Shown here: positions 1 to 9,989 of the stretch, piece after piece | How positions within the stretch are numbered: position 1 is the stretch's first letter | How the letters are laid out: the number at the start of each line of letters is the position of its first letter | Origin: Verrucomicrobia bacterium UBA2281 | GTDB taxonomy: Bacteria > Verrucomicrobiota > Kiritimatiellia > CAIQIC01 > Lenti-01 | Assembly (NCBI GenBank): GCA_002347655.1 | Contig: DDWR01000020.1 | Location: 76,155 to 140,154, forward strand | Direction of reading: 5' to 3' | Length of the DNA: 64,000 nucleotides | Notes under the pieces: generated by a model | The model's database searches: none | What the model was told of the DNA's origin: nothing | What the model saw: only the letters and a program-made list of their open reading frames with translations | Made by a program: the position numbers and the translations under genes

Positions 1-1
1 C

Positions 2-382
2 CCGGACGGATTCGGCGAGCTGGCGGACATCTCGTGCGGGGACGCCTGGCACGTCCGCGCCGGGCGGCCGGACTTCGCGGAACGGCCCGGGCGCAGTTTG
101 GCGTTTGTCCGCAGCGCGCGGGGCCGGGAACTGTTCGCCGCGGCGCGCGCGGCCGGCTACCTGGTGGCGGAGCCTTTTCCCGCGGAGGATTTGCCGGCCA
201 TCCAGCGTTCCCAGGTCCAGCGCAAGATCTACGCCGGCGTGCGGCTGGCCGCCTTGAAGCTGCTGGGCGACCGCTTGCTGGATTTTTCCGGATTCTGCCT
301 GCTGGCCAACCTCCGTCAGGCCCGGTTCAGCGACGCCATCCGGAATTTCTGGGGCACCCTCCGGCGGAGGAGCGCGGCATGA
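2..382 (+). CDS. 5'-truncated CDS; C-terminal part of a coenzyme F420 hydrogenase/dehydrogenase beta-subunit-like protein of the kind usually partnered with polysaccharide pyruvyl transferases
   Basis: Frame-2 ORF running in from the window edge (..[33 protein letters not shown]..). It ends with TGA at 380-382, overlapping the next ATG (ATGA). Family assignment by sequence recollection only. Confidence 0.4.
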   Translation, partial: PDGFGELADISCGDAWHVRAGRPDFAERPGRSLAFVRSARGRELFAAARAAGYLVAEPFPAEDLPAIQRSQVQRKIYAGVRLAALKLLGDRLLDFSGFCLLANLRQARFSDAIRNFWGTLRRRSAA

Positions 383-1635
383 GCTCCGCCACGTCCAAGA
401 CGAACCGCCGCCAGCTCGTGCTGCTGTCCGGCCCGCTCTACTCCTCCAACATGGGGTGCAACGCGCTGACCTACGGCGCGCTGGCCGTTCTGGACGACGT
501 GGCCCGGCGGCTGGGTTTGGTCTTCGGCTACAGCCTGCTGGACAATCCCGTGGACGGGGCGGTGCCGCCGGAATTGGCGGACCGTTCCATCGCGCTGGTC
601 GACCAGGTGCCGGATTTCGGCCCGAAGAGCCTGCTGCGGACGTTCGTCCGCCGCGACGGGGCGGCGCTGCGACGCCGGCATCGCGCGCTGCGGTCGGCCG
701 ACCTGTTTCTGGACAACGGCTGGGGCGACAGTTTCAGCGACATCTACGGGCGGTCCCGCTTCGAATCGGTTTTCCGCCATGGCCGCTATGCGCGCTCGCT
801 CGGCAAGCCCTTGATTCTCCTGCCGCAGACGATTGGCCCGTTCCGGGCTCCGGCGGTTCGATCGCGGGCCCGCGATATGCTCGCCTATGCCTGCGCGGTC
901 TATGCCCGCGATCCGCTGAGCGCGGCGTGCGCGCGGGAACTCGTGCCGGGATTGGACGTCCGCGAATCCGTCGATCTGGCGCTGTTCATGCCCTACGCGC
1001 CGGCGCCGCCGTCCGGCGGCGGGCCCCTGCGGATCGGCGTGAATCCGTCGGGACTGCTCTGGCACGGCGGCTATTCGAAGAACAACCAGTTCGGCCTGAA
1101 GGAAGATTACCGGGACGTTTTGCGCGGCGTCCTCCGGCATTTGCTGGCGCAACCGGGCATCCAGGTGGAGTTGATCGGCCACGACGTCCGCGGGCCCAGC
1201 GCGGGAAACAGTTTCGAGGACTACCACGTGTGCAAGCTGCTGCAGCGGGAATTTCCGGCCTGCCGCGTGGGCCCGTTCTTCTATGGCCCGCTGGAAGCGA
1301 AGTCCCATATTTCCGGGCTGGACGTTTTCATCGGTTCGCGGATGCACGCCTGCATTGCCGCCTATTCCGCCGGCGTTCCGACGTTTCCGCTGGGCTACAG
1401 CCGGAAATTCGCGGGATTGTTCGCGGAGAAGCTGGGGTATGGCCGCGGCGCCGATCTGGCGGCGCACGGCTTGGCGGAAGTCCAGGAACGCCTCGCCGCC
1501 TGCTTGGCCGAACTGCCGGCGATCCGGGCGGAATTTCCGGAGCGGCGGCGGCGGATCGAAAGCGAACGGGCCGCGCTGGTCGCCGATCTGGCGGACCGCT
1601 TGGCCGGGCCACTGAACGCAAGGAGCGGCGCATGA
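379..1635 (+). CDS. polysaccharide pyruvyl transferase (CsaB/WcaK-like)
   Basis: ATG at 379 ([34 protein letters not shown]..), glycine-rich N-terminus and the typical PS_pyruv_trans length. It lies downstream of an F420H2-DH-like gene. The upstream part of track ORF 34..1635 is treated as non-coding read-through. Confidence 0.75.
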   Translation: MSSATSKTNRRQLVLLSGPLYSSNMGCNALTYGALAVLDDVARRLGLVFGYSLLDNPVDGAVPPELADRSIALVDQVPDFGPKSLLRTFVRRDGAALRRRHRALRSADLFLDNGWGDSFSDIYGRSRFESVFRHGRYARSLGKPLILLPQTIGPFRAPAVRSRARDMLAYACAVYARDPLSAACARELVPGLDVRESVDLALFMPYAPAPPSGGGPLRIGVNPSGLLWHGGYSKNNQFGLKEDYRDVLRGVLRHLLAQPGIQVELIGHDVRGPSAGNSFEDYHVCKLLQREFPACRVGPFFYGPLEAKSHISGLDVFIGSRMHACIAAYSAGVPTFPLGYSRKFAGLFAEKLGYGRGADLAAHGLAEVQERLAACLAELPAIRAEFPERRRRIESERAALVADLADRLAGPLNARSGA

Positions 1636-2270
1636 TGGGCGAGTGGAAAAAACGCTGGCGGCTGCAAGCGTTCCGCCGGCGCTGGCGGCGGCTGAATCCC
1701 CACAACCGCACCGAAGCCGGCACCGTCTTCGATCCGGCCAAGGTCGCGGTCGGCAACTTCACCTACGGGCGGCTCAACGTCGTGGATTCGCACTACGCGA
1801 ACGAACGGCTGGAAATCGGCCATTTCTGCTCGATCGCGGGGGACGTCCGGTTTTTCCTGGCCGGCAACCATTTCGTCGAGCGGCCGACGACGTTTCCGGT
1901 GCGCGGCTGGCTCACCGGCCAGCGGGGCGGGGATGGCTATTCGAAGGGGCCGATCGTCGTGGGTTCCGACGTATGGATCGGCCATGGCGCGCTGATCCTG
2001 TCGGGCGTGACGATCGGCCAGGGGGCGGTCGTCGGCGCGGGCAGCGTCGTGGCCAAGGACGTGCCCCCCTATGCGATCGTGGCGGGCAACCGCGCCGAGA
2101 TCGTCAAATTCCGCTTTCCGGATGAACTGGTGGCGGAATTGCTGAAGCTGGACTTTTCCCGATGGACGCGGGCGACGTGCGCCCGCGACGTGGACCTGCT
2201 GACGCGGCCCTGCGACCCGGAGAGCCTGCGGAAGCTGCGCGCGGCGACGAACCCGACGGCGGCGGAGTGA
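1632..2270 (+). CDS. hexapeptide-repeat (LbH) O-acetyltransferase, Vat/LacA/NodL-like
   Basis: ATG 1632 overlaps the upstream stop (ATGA). Left-handed beta-helix hexapeptide repeats ([14 protein letters not shown].., [49 protein letters not shown]). Confidence 0.7.
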   Translation: MMGEWKKRWRLQAFRRRWRRLNPHNRTEAGTVFDPAKVAVGNFTYGRLNVVDSHYANERLEIGHFCSIAGDVRFFLAGNHFVERPTTFPVRGWLTGQRGGDGYSKGPIVVGSDVWIGHGALILSGVTIGQGAVVGAGSVVAKDVPPYAIVAGNRAEIVKFRFPDELVAELLKLDFSRWTRATCARDVDLLTRPCDPESLRKLRAATNPTAAE

Positions 2271-2271
2271 G

Positions 2272-3639
2272 ATGGGCGACGGACTCGAATCCTTACCCGA
2301 CGGACCGGACAATCCGGTGCTGGAAACGGAGCCCGCGGCGGAACCGACGCCCGCCGCGCCGCCGCCGCGCCGCAAGCGTTCGCTGGTCGCACTCGTGAGC
2401 CACCTCGTGGGGGGCAACATGGCCTCCATGGTCCTGCGCATGGTTGCCGGAGTGCTCCAGGGGCGGTTGGTGGCACCGGCCACGCTGGGGCTGTTCACCG
2501 GCATCGGCTTGTCGTTGCGCTATGCGCCGTTTCTGCAATTGGGGATTCTGGATGGCCTGTACCGCGAATTGCCGTACCACATCGGGCGGGGCGACCGGCC
2601 GCGGGCGGAAGCGCTCGCGTCGGCCGCGCAGGCCTGGGCGCTGGCCATCGGCGGCATCTACGCCTTGGTGCTGGTGGCGATCGGGGCGTGGAGCTTGGCG
2701 CGCGGCCAGACCTGGATGGCGGCGGGATGGTTCACCAACGCCGTGCTGGCGGTGGTGTTCTACTATAAAACCTACTATCTCCAGTTGACCTATCGGACGG
2801 CGCACGACTTTTCCCGGCTGGCGCTGGTGAACGTGGCCGAGAGCGTCGGCAGCCTGCTGCTGCTGGCTTTGGTGGCTTGGCTGAACTTCTACGGCCTCTG
2901 CCTGCGGGCCGTGCTGGCCGGGGCGGTGGGAACCGCGTTGCTGTTCGCGTGGCGGCCGCTCCGCGTGCGCCCGGCCTGGAATTTCGCCCACTTGAAGCAT
3001 CTGCTGAAAATCGGTTTGCCGATTTTCAGCGTGGGCCAGCTGTACGCGTGGTGGTCCGTGCTGAATTCCACCTTGGTCCTGAAATTCGCCGGCGTGGAAG
3101 GCATGGGACTCTATGCGATGGTCATGATGGCGAACACGGCCATCGAATTCATTCCGTCCGCGGTCAACCAGGTGGTCCATCCCCGCATGGCCGAGCGCTA
3201 CGGCCAAGCGCATCGCGTGGGCGATCTGCTGCGGATTTCCTGGAAACCGATGCTGCTGACGGCGGTGGGGCTGGTGCCCGTCGTCGCGGTGGCGTGGTGG
3301 CTCGTGCCGCCCGTCGTCCGCTTCCTCATTCCCGCCTACGCGGCGGCGATCCCCGCCATGCGCTGGGGCTTGCTGCTGCCTTTGGCCAACAGCTTTTATC
3401 CCATGGCGGGCATTTTCCAGATCGTGCGGCGGCAGGATCTCTACGGGATCGCGCTGGGCCTTTCGATGGCCGTCTACGTGGCCGTCCAGCTGTGGCTGAT
3501 CCGGGACGGCGTGACGTTGTCGGCGTTCCCGCAGGCCATGCTGGTGGGCCGCGCCTGGTTTGCCGTCCTGTGCACCCTGTTCGCGCTGGCGCTGCGCCGC
3601 CGGGAAGGCGCGGCGGCCGCGCCGGGAGGCGCCGCATGA
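2272..3639 (+). CDS. polysaccharide flippase, MOP superfamily (Wzx/RfbX-like)
   Basis: 455-aa protein, highly hydrophobic with about 12 predicted TM segments, in the typical position within a polysaccharide locus. Confidence 0.75.
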   Translation: MGDGLESLPDGPDNPVLETEPAAEPTPAAPPPRRKRSLVALVSHLVGGNMASMVLRMVAGVLQGRLVAPATLGLFTGIGLSLRYAPFLQLGILDGLYRELPYHIGRGDRPRAEALASAAQAWALAIGGIYALVLVAIGAWSLARGQTWMAAGWFTNAVLAVVFYYKTYYLQLTYRTAHDFSRLALVNVAESVGSLLLLALVAWLNFYGLCLRAVLAGAVGTALLFAWRPLRVRPAWNFAHLKHLLKIGLPIFSVGQLYAWWSVLNSTLVLKFAGVEGMGLYAMVMMANTAIEFIPSAVNQVVHPRMAERYGQAHRVGDLLRISWKPMLLTAVGLVPVVAVAWWLVPPVVRFLIPAYAAAIPAMRWGLLLPLANSFYPMAGIFQIVRRQDLYGIALGLSMAVYVAVQLWLIRDGVTLSAFPQAMLVGRAWFAVLCTLFALALRRREGAAAAPGGAA

Positions 3640-4595
3640 CCGGCGCCGCGACAGAATCTTTCCCGCGGGTGGGGATCGTGGTCCTGAACTACCGGAACTG
3701 GGCGGACACCGCGGCTTGCCTGCGGTCGTTGGCGGCGGCGACGTACCCCCGGACCTTCGTCGTGGTGGTCGACAACGATTCGGGGAACGATTCGCTGGCG
3801 CGGATCCGGGCGGACGTGGAAGCACGCGGCGTTGCCTGCGCGGCCGTGGCGGAGTCCGACCTCGGAAACGCCGGCGCCTTTCCGGAACCGGTCCTGCTGG
3901 TCCAGGCGGCCGCCAACCGCGGTTATGCCGCCGGCAACAACCTGGGGATCCGCGCCGCGCTGGCGCGGAACTGCGAGTACGTGCTTGTTCTCAACAACGA
4001 CACCGAGGTCGAGCCGGGATTTCTCGAGCCGCTCGTGGCCTATGCCGAAGCGCATCCGCACCTCGGGGCGGTGGGGCCGAAAGTCGTGGATCCGAAGGGC
4101 CGGGTCGAACCGACCTGCGCGCGTCGCCGGCCCGAGCTCCTCTATTATTTCTTTGGCGACGGGGTGCTGCGGCGGTGGTTTCCCCGCAATCGCTGGCGGC
4201 GCCGCCATTTCTACGAAGGCGAATACGCCTACGACGCGCCCCGGCAGGTGGACGTCTTGTCCGGCTCCTGCATGCTGGTCAAGAAGGCGGTGTTCGCCCA
4301 GGTCGGCCTGCTGGACGAGAACACGTTTCTCTATCTGGAAGAATTCATCTTGCACGAGAAGATGCGGGCGGCGGGATGGGGGCAGGCCATCGTGCCGGCC
4401 AGCGTCGTCGTCCACAAAGGGGGGCGATCGGCGGGGCAAGCCGTGCCCGAACGCATCCGGCAGGCCAAACGGGAGAGCCGGCGGTATTATTTGACGCGCT
4501 ACCGGCGCTACGGAAAATTCCTCGTTTGGGTCATCGAACTGGCCCGGAACCGTCCGCCTGCGTTCGGGCGGCGTGCGCGGAAGGCGGGGCCATGA
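3636..4595 (+). CDS. glycosyltransferase family 2
   Basis: ATGA overlap at 3636. GT-A signature (VVLNYRNWADTAACLRSL..VVVDNDSGNDS..RGYAAGNN..). Confidence 0.75.
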   Translation: MTGAATESFPRVGIVVLNYRNWADTAACLRSLAAATYPRTFVVVVDNDSGNDSLARIRADVEARGVACAAVAESDLGNAGAFPEPVLLVQAAANRGYAAGNNLGIRAALARNCEYVLVLNNDTEVEPGFLEPLVAYAEAHPHLGAVGPKVVDPKGRVEPTCARRRPELLYYFFGDGVLRRWFPRNRWRRRHFYEGEYAYDAPRQVDVLSGSCMLVKKAVFAQVGLLDENTFLYLEEFILHEKMRAAGWGQAIVPASVVVHKGGRSAGQAVPERIRQAKRESRRYYLTRYRRYGKFLVWVIELARNRPPAFGRRARKAGP

Positions 4596-5890
4596 GATCG
4601 CGCCTGAACCGGAGCGAGCCGGCCCGGCTGGAGCGGAAATGGACCCGCCTGGCGGTCGTATGGGCGTTGTACTATTTCCTGGCTTGGACGCTGGGACAGG
4701 ATCCCCGGTTCACGCGGCAAATCATTTGGTTCGGGGCGGGGCTGGTGGGCGTGTTTACCGTGCCGCTTTTCGCCCGGCACGTCCGATTTCGCGATCTGCC
4801 CCGGGAAGGCGTTTTGCTGGGCTTGTTCGTGCTGTGGGGGCTGACGGGGCTCTTCGTGGCCACGGATCTGACGCTGTTCAGCCGCTGTCTGAAGTTGACG
4901 GCCGAACTGGCCCTGATCGTGATCGCGGTATCGATCATCCTGAAAAATTCCGGCGCAGGCCACTGGTTCTTCCTGGCCTATCTGGGGGTGGCCGCGGTGC
5001 GCGTTTTCTATGGGGCGGAGCCGGTCAGCATGGAGCGGATCACCGACACGGAAATCGTGTCGCGCATCGACAATGCGAATACGATCGGCTTCCTGTGCGC
5101 GCTCGGCGTGCTGGGGGTCTTTGCGCTGTGGGGGGAAAAAAGCGCGCTCTGGTGGCGGGCCGGACTGGTTGCCGGCGGCGGATTGGCGCTGTACGGAGTG
5201 GTGCTGTCGGCGTCGCGCGGCGCGTTTGCCACGCTGATCGCCATCGCGCTGCTCTGGCCCGCCATGTGCCTGGTGGGGGCGTCGAAGTTCAAGCTCAAGG
5301 CCTTGATTGCGGCGCTCGCGACGTTGGTTGTGGCCTTCTACGTCTATCGGTTCGTCGTGCAGGAAACCTACATGGGGGTGCGCTTTATCAGTGGCACGCA
5401 ACTGGAGGACGGCAGCAGCCAGACGCGGCTACAGCTCTTTCTCATCGGCCTGAAGCTGTTCGCCGAAAATCCGCTGTTCGGGTGTGGGCTGGGGCAGTTC
5501 GGGGTCGCCTCGGGCACGGGATTCTATGCGCACAACGAGGTGGCGGAAATCGCCAGCACGACCGGGCTGCCCGGCCTGCTGCTGTATTATTCCGTGTACT
5601 GGGGCGCTTGGCGGCGGCTGAGCTGGAGCCTGCGGTATCTGCCGGATCCGCTGACGCGCTACCGCATCAACGTCGCGCGGATGGCCTTACTGGTCCTGCT
5701 GATTTCCGGGGCGTTGACCCGGCCCAATTTCTTCGCCCAAAACACGATGTTTCTGCTGGGTATTTCCGTGGGCATGGCGCATTGGGCCGAGCGCTTGGCC
5801 AAGCAAGCCCGTCGGTCTGCGGTCTGGCCGCCTGCCGGTGTGGCCGGTTTCGCCGGTTTTCCTCCCTCACCCCATGGTGCGTTCCCATGA
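4592..5890 (+). CDS. O-antigen ligase/polymerase-like membrane protein (Wzy-type)
   Basis: ATGA overlap at 4592. Multi-TM protein with a large periplasmic loop (..GAFATLIAIALLW.. ..HNEVAEIASTTGLPGLLLY..), characteristic of the Wzy_C/O-antigen ligase family. Confidence 0.65.
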   Translation: MRSRLNRSEPARLERKWTRLAVVWALYYFLAWTLGQDPRFTRQIIWFGAGLVGVFTVPLFARHVRFRDLPREGVLLGLFVLWGLTGLFVATDLTLFSRCLKLTAELALIVIAVSIILKNSGAGHWFFLAYLGVAAVRVFYGAEPVSMERITDTEIVSRIDNANTIGFLCALGVLGVFALWGEKSALWWRAGLVAGGGLALYGVVLSASRGAFATLIAIALLWPAMCLVGASKFKLKALIAALATLVVAFYVYRFVVQETYMGVRFISGTQLEDGSSQTRLQLFLIGLKLFAENPLFGCGLGQFGVASGTGFYAHNEVAEIASTTGLPGLLLYYSVYWGAWRRLSWSLRYLPDPLTRYRINVARMALLVLLISGALTRPNFFAQNTMFLLGISVGMAHWAERLAKQARRSAVWPPAGVAGFAGFPPSPHGAFP

Positions 5891-7938
5891 AACCATCCAC
5901 CCGAACCTTCGTGAAAATCGCCAGAAACCTGGTCCCGGCGGATGCGCGCGTGGCGGGGCGCCGCTGGCTGGCGGCGCGCGCTCAGCACGCCCGGCAGGCG
6001 GCCGCCCGTCGCCAGTTGGCCCAGGCGGCCCGCGCGGTGTCGGCGGAATGTCTGGCGGACGTCCGCACGGCGGAAGACTGGCACCGGCGGCGGTCGGATA
6101 TCCGCCGCCAGTTGCGGACCATGCTGGGCCTCGAGCCGTTGCCCGACCGGACTCCGTTGGCGCCCGAAGCCCGGGGCGCGCTGGATCGTCCCGGGTACCG
6201 CATCGAAAAATGGGTGCTCCAGCCCATGCCCGGCATGCATGCCACCGCCAATTTTTATCTTCCGGTCGCCGCGCGCGGCCCGGTGCCCTGCATTCTCTAT
6301 TTGTGCGGCCATCGCGCGCACCCCTGCGGCGCAAAGACGCAGTATCAGGACCGTTTCCTCTGGTATCCGGCCCATGGCTTCGCCTGTTTGGTCTTGGATT
6401 CGCTGAACTGCGGCGAAGTCCCCGGGTTGCACCACGGAACGCAAAACCTGAACCGCCCGGATTGGCTGTCGCTTGGCTATACCCCGGCGGGCGTGGAGGT
6501 TTGGAGCGCCATGCGGGCGCTGGACTACTTGGAAACCCGGCCGGAAGTGGATGGCCGCCGGATCGGCGCCACCGGAATTTCGGGCGGCGGCGTGATGACG
6601 ACGTTCCTGGCGGCGCTCGACGAGCGCATCCAGGCGGCGGCGCCGTCCTGCTCGGCCTATACCGTCGGCGACCAGGCGACGCACGCCCGGTTCGCCTGGC
6701 AATGCGATTGCACGTTCTACCCCAACTGGCATCGCTTGGATTATCCGGCCGTGGCCGCGCTGGTCGCGCCGCGCCCGCTGCTGCTCACCAACGGCCGCAA
6801 GGATCGCATTTTTCCGCCGGCGGGCGCCCGCGAAGTCGGGCGCCGGGCCCGGTGGATCTACGAGTTGCTCGGCGCCGGCGATCGCATCCGCTCCGTCGAA
6901 TCCAACGCGGGCCACGATGATCCGCCGCTGTTCCTTCGGGAGTCGCGCCGGTGGATGTGCCGCTGGCTTCATCCGGAGCCGGCGACGCTTCTTTCCGCCG
7001 TGGCGGACGCGGTTCCGGCCCCCGCGCCGGCGGGTACGCTGGCTTGTTTCAGTTCGCCGCCGCGCACGTCGGCGAATTACGACGTCCACGAGCGGTTCAT
7101 CCCGGCGGCGAAGCCGGCCGCGCCCGCGTCTGCCGGCGATGTCGGTCGTCTGGCCGATGAATTGCGCCGGCGCTTGCGGGACTCCGTCTTTTCTTGGTTC
7201 CCGCACCGGCCGGCCGCCGTACCGGCCCGCCGGGTCGGTGGTTCCACCGGCCGCGCCGACCATTTTGCGTCTGCCGGCGAATGGCTGCTGGAAACCGAGC
7301 CCGGGATCCAGGTCCGCGCGTTCCGCTACGATCCAACGGGACCGGCCAGCGCGCCGCCGCTGGTCGTCGTCCGGCGCCTCGGCGACCGCCTTGGCGTGCT
7401 CGACGACGAATGGCTGCCGCTGTTGGGAACCCGGACGGTCATCGCGGTCCATCCGCGGTTTTCCGAATGCCTGCCCTCGGCCACCGCCGCGATGGAATTG
7501 GAACGCCTGGCCGCATTGAGCGGTCGGACGCTGGCCGCGCTCCAGATCTGGGACGTGTTGCGCACCGTGGAGTGGCTGGGGACGGGCGGGGCGGCGCCGG
7601 ATTCGATCGTTCTCCATGGCTGCGGCGCGGCGGGCGTCGTCGCGCTGTATGCCGCCCTGTTTTCGCCGGCGGTGGGCGAACTCGTCCTGCGCGATCCGCC
7701 GGCGTCGCATCGTTCCGGCCCGGCCTTGCTGGGCGTGTTGCGGACGGCGGACGTTCCCGACGTGGCGGCGGCCTTGGCGCCGCGGACGCTCACGTGGCTG
7801 TCCGATCCGCCGCCCGCGTTTGACGGAACCCGGCAAGCCTATCGCCGGTGCGGCGCGGAGGGCCGGTTCCGCCGCGCGTCTTCGCTGGCCGGGGCCCTGC
7901 TGGATCCGGCCCCGGCCGTTTCGGGAGATCGACGATGA
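5887..7938 (+). CDS. two-domain alpha/beta-hydrolase; N-terminal acetyl-xylan-esterase (AXE1)-like domain with GxSxG (GISGGG), plus a second alpha/beta-fold domain
   Basis: ATGA overlap at 5887 (MKPSTRTF..). AXE1-like motifs (YLCGHRAHPCG.., GATGISGGGVMT). The second half contains ..VLHGCGAAGVV.. (GxCxG). Confidence 0.6.
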   Translation: MKPSTRTFVKIARNLVPADARVAGRRWLAARAQHARQAAARRQLAQAARAVSAECLADVRTAEDWHRRRSDIRRQLRTMLGLEPLPDRTPLAPEARGALDRPGYRIEKWVLQPMPGMHATANFYLPVAARGPVPCILYLCGHRAHPCGAKTQYQDRFLWYPAHGFACLVLDSLNCGEVPGLHHGTQNLNRPDWLSLGYTPAGVEVWSAMRALDYLETRPEVDGRRIGATGISGGGVMTTFLAALDERIQAAAPSCSAYTVGDQATHARFAWQCDCTFYPNWHRLDYPAVAALVAPRPLLLTNGRKDRIFPPAGAREVGRRARWIYELLGAGDRIRSVESNAGHDDPPLFLRESRRWMCRWLHPEPATLLSAVADAVPAPAPAGTLACFSSPPRTSANYDVHERFIPAAKPAAPASAGDVGRLADELRRRLRDSVFSWFPHRPAAVPARRVGGSTGRADHFASAGEWLLETEPGIQVRAFRYDPTGPASAPPLVVVRRLGDRLGVLDDEWLPLLGTRTVIAVHPRFSECLPSATAAMELERLAALSGRTLAALQIWDVLRTVEWLGTGGAAPDSIVLHGCGAAGVVALYAALFSPAVGELVLRDPPASHRSGPALLGVLRTADVPDVAAALAPRTLTWLSDPPPAFDGTRQAYRRCGAEGRFRRASSLAGALLDPAPAVSGDRR

Positions 7939-8831
7939 GCCGGGCGCTGACCGAACGGGAATACGTCGAGCAGAACCCGCAGCTGTTCCGGCGCCTGCAT
8001 TTCCACGACGGCGTCTGGTGGGACCAGGTTTATCCCGGCTACGCCCGTCCGGCCTTCAAGTTCCGGACTTTGGTCCCGGGGGCTGCCCGCCCCGCGCGTG
8101 CGCAGGCCCTCTTCGGCTACAGCCACTTCGTGCCGGAAACGGGCATGGGCAATGCCGCGGTTTCCTACATGGTTCTCGAAGGCGACGATCTGCGCGATTT
8201 CGGGATGCCGCGCTTGGATTCCAAGAAACGGAACCAGGTTCGGAAGGGGCAGAAGTGCTGCGAAGTGCGGACCATTTCGGATTTGGAAGGGTGCCTGGAA
8301 GATGCGCGGGAGGTCTGCGTCAGCCATTCGTTGCGCGGGGCCTCGTCCCGGAAAGCCTACCACGTATCCCACACCTTCTTCATCGATCAGGCGGACACGT
8401 GGCGCGCGCAGATGCGCCGCGATTTCGCCGGCGGCGGCCGCCAATGGTTCGGGGCGTGGCATGCGGGACGCCTGATCGCCTATCTGGTCACGCTCCAGGT
8501 GGAAAGCGTCCTGTTGGTCGAAAAGATGAAGCTGCACTCGGATTACCTGTCGCTTTGCCCCTCCGACGCGCTCTATTTCCACGTGCTTTCGCAGTTCGCG
8601 CAGGATCCTTCCTGTCTTCGGATCTTCAACTCCTCGCCCCAACGTCCCGGACTGGACCGGTTCAAGGAGCAATTCCTGTTCAAGGCGACGCCGGTTCCCC
8701 TTTACGTGTCGAATCCCGTCTCGTATCGGTTCGCCCTGCGGGCCCTGGCGCTGCGGAACAAATGGGTGGAAATCCGCCGGTCCCGGCGGGAGCGGGGCGC
8801 GGATGCGGACCGGGGGGAGGCCGAATCGTGA
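7935..8831 (+). CDS. FemAB/BioF2-like GNAT-fold acyl/aminoacyl-transferase (paralogue 1)
   Basis: ATGA overlap at 7935. Clear paralogy to CDS 14986..15864 (WFGAWHAGRLIAYLV..KMKLHSDYL..SDALYFHV vs HWAVYCEGRMVGFAQ..LIKLHPDFL..SYALFYRM). Family call from recollection. Confidence 0.4.
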   Translation: MSRALTEREYVEQNPQLFRRLHFHDGVWWDQVYPGYARPAFKFRTLVPGAARPARAQALFGYSHFVPETGMGNAAVSYMVLEGDDLRDFGMPRLDSKKRNQVRKGQKCCEVRTISDLEGCLEDAREVCVSHSLRGASSRKAYHVSHTFFIDQADTWRAQMRRDFAGGGRQWFGAWHAGRLIAYLVTLQVESVLLVEKMKLHSDYLSLCPSDALYFHVLSQFAQDPSCLRIFNSSPQRPGLDRFKEQFLFKATPVPLYVSNPVSYRFALRALALRNKWVEIRRSRRERGADADRGEAES

Positions 8832-9979
8832 ACGGCGCAGTGAACAGCGGCGCGACGGCGGTGGTGTGCGGCAACCATATCAACGCCCACACGCTCGTCC
8901 GCAACCTGGAGCGGATCGGGTGGGACGGGCGCATCGTCCTGCTGCGGCACGAGTCGGAAGGGGCGGGGCTGGCCGTCTGCCTGAACCCGCAAGTGGAGCA
9001 TTGGGCCCTCGCCGTCGCGCGGTTGGACGACGTGCCGGCGCTGATCGCGGAGCGCTACGGCGCCGCCGGCGAGGTCGCGGTCCTGTTCACCGACGAGCGC
9101 TACCATCCGGCCTTCGCTGCCTGGAAACGAGCGCATCCGGTGTCGCCGCTGCGGTTCCAGCTGGGGGCCGAAAAACATCTGGACGCCGTGCTGGACCGCT
9201 ACGAGTTCTGCCGATTCGTCCGCGACCGCGGCCTGGCCTCCGCGCCCCGCACGCTGCGCGGCGACGAAGATCCGTTCGCGGCGTTCGGCGCCGCGTTCAT
9301 CGTGCGGCCGCGCCTGTCCTGGTTCGGGGTCGCGCAGCGCGAACGGGTGCGCCTCGTCCGCGGGCGGGAGGAATTCCGGGCGGCGCTGGCGTCCTACGCC
9401 GCGCGCGGCCTGGCGCCGGCGGATTTGAGCTTCCAGGAACTGCTGAGCATCCGCAACCGCGACAACGTGTCCATCAGCGGTTGGTACGGGCCGTCCGCGC
9501 GGCATCTCTATTGCTCCCGCAAGGTGCTGCAATATCCGCCGAAGACGGGCGGGGGCGACGTCGTCGAGCTGCTGGCGCCGCCGCCGGGCATCCAAGAGCA
9601 GGCGGAAGGCCTGCTGGCCGCGTTGGAATACGAAGGCCCGTTCGAGATGGAGTTCGTCTACGACGAGACGGCCGCCGAGTTCAAGGTTACCGAAATCAAT
9701 CCGCGCTTTTGGCTGCAGCAAGGCCTGATCGAAGCGGTTTCGGGCCGCGCGCTGCTGAACGCCTGCCTGGGCCGGCCGCCGTTGCCGACGACGGCGGCAG
9801 AGCGCAACCTGCGCTACTGGGTCAATCCGCTGTACGTGGCGTTTCGGGCATTCCGCGGCGATCCCCGCGGCCTGTTCTACTGGAGTTCGTCGCGCGCCTG
9901 GGTGCCGTTTACGATGCGCGAAGCCGCCCGCTATGCGGGCCGGCGGGCGCGCGGGCAAATCCGGGCCGCGCAAGGATAG
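8828..9979 (+). CDS. ATP-grasp domain protein (carboxylate-amine ligase type)
   Basis: GTG at 8828 overlaps the upstream TGA. ATP-grasp C-terminal motifs (..EYEGPFEMEFVYDETAAEFKVTEINPRFW..). Confidence 0.65.
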   Translation: MNGAVNSGATAVVCGNHINAHTLVRNLERIGWDGRIVLLRHESEGAGLAVCLNPQVEHWALAVARLDDVPALIAERYGAAGEVAVLFTDERYHPAFAAWKRAHPVSPLRFQLGAEKHLDAVLDRYEFCRFVRDRGLASAPRTLRGDEDPFAAFGAAFIVRPRLSWFGVAQRERVRLVRGREEFRAALASYAARGLAPADLSFQELLSIRNRDNVSISGWYGPSARHLYCSRKVLQYPPKTGGGDVVELLAPPPGIQEQAEGLLAALEYEGPFEMEFVYDETAAEFKVTEINPRFWLQQGLIEAVSGRALLNACLGRPPLPTTAAERNLRYWVNPLYVAFRAFRGDPRGLFYWSSSRAWVPFTMREAARYAGRRARGQIRAAQG

Positions 9980-9989
9980 GCGGACAACG

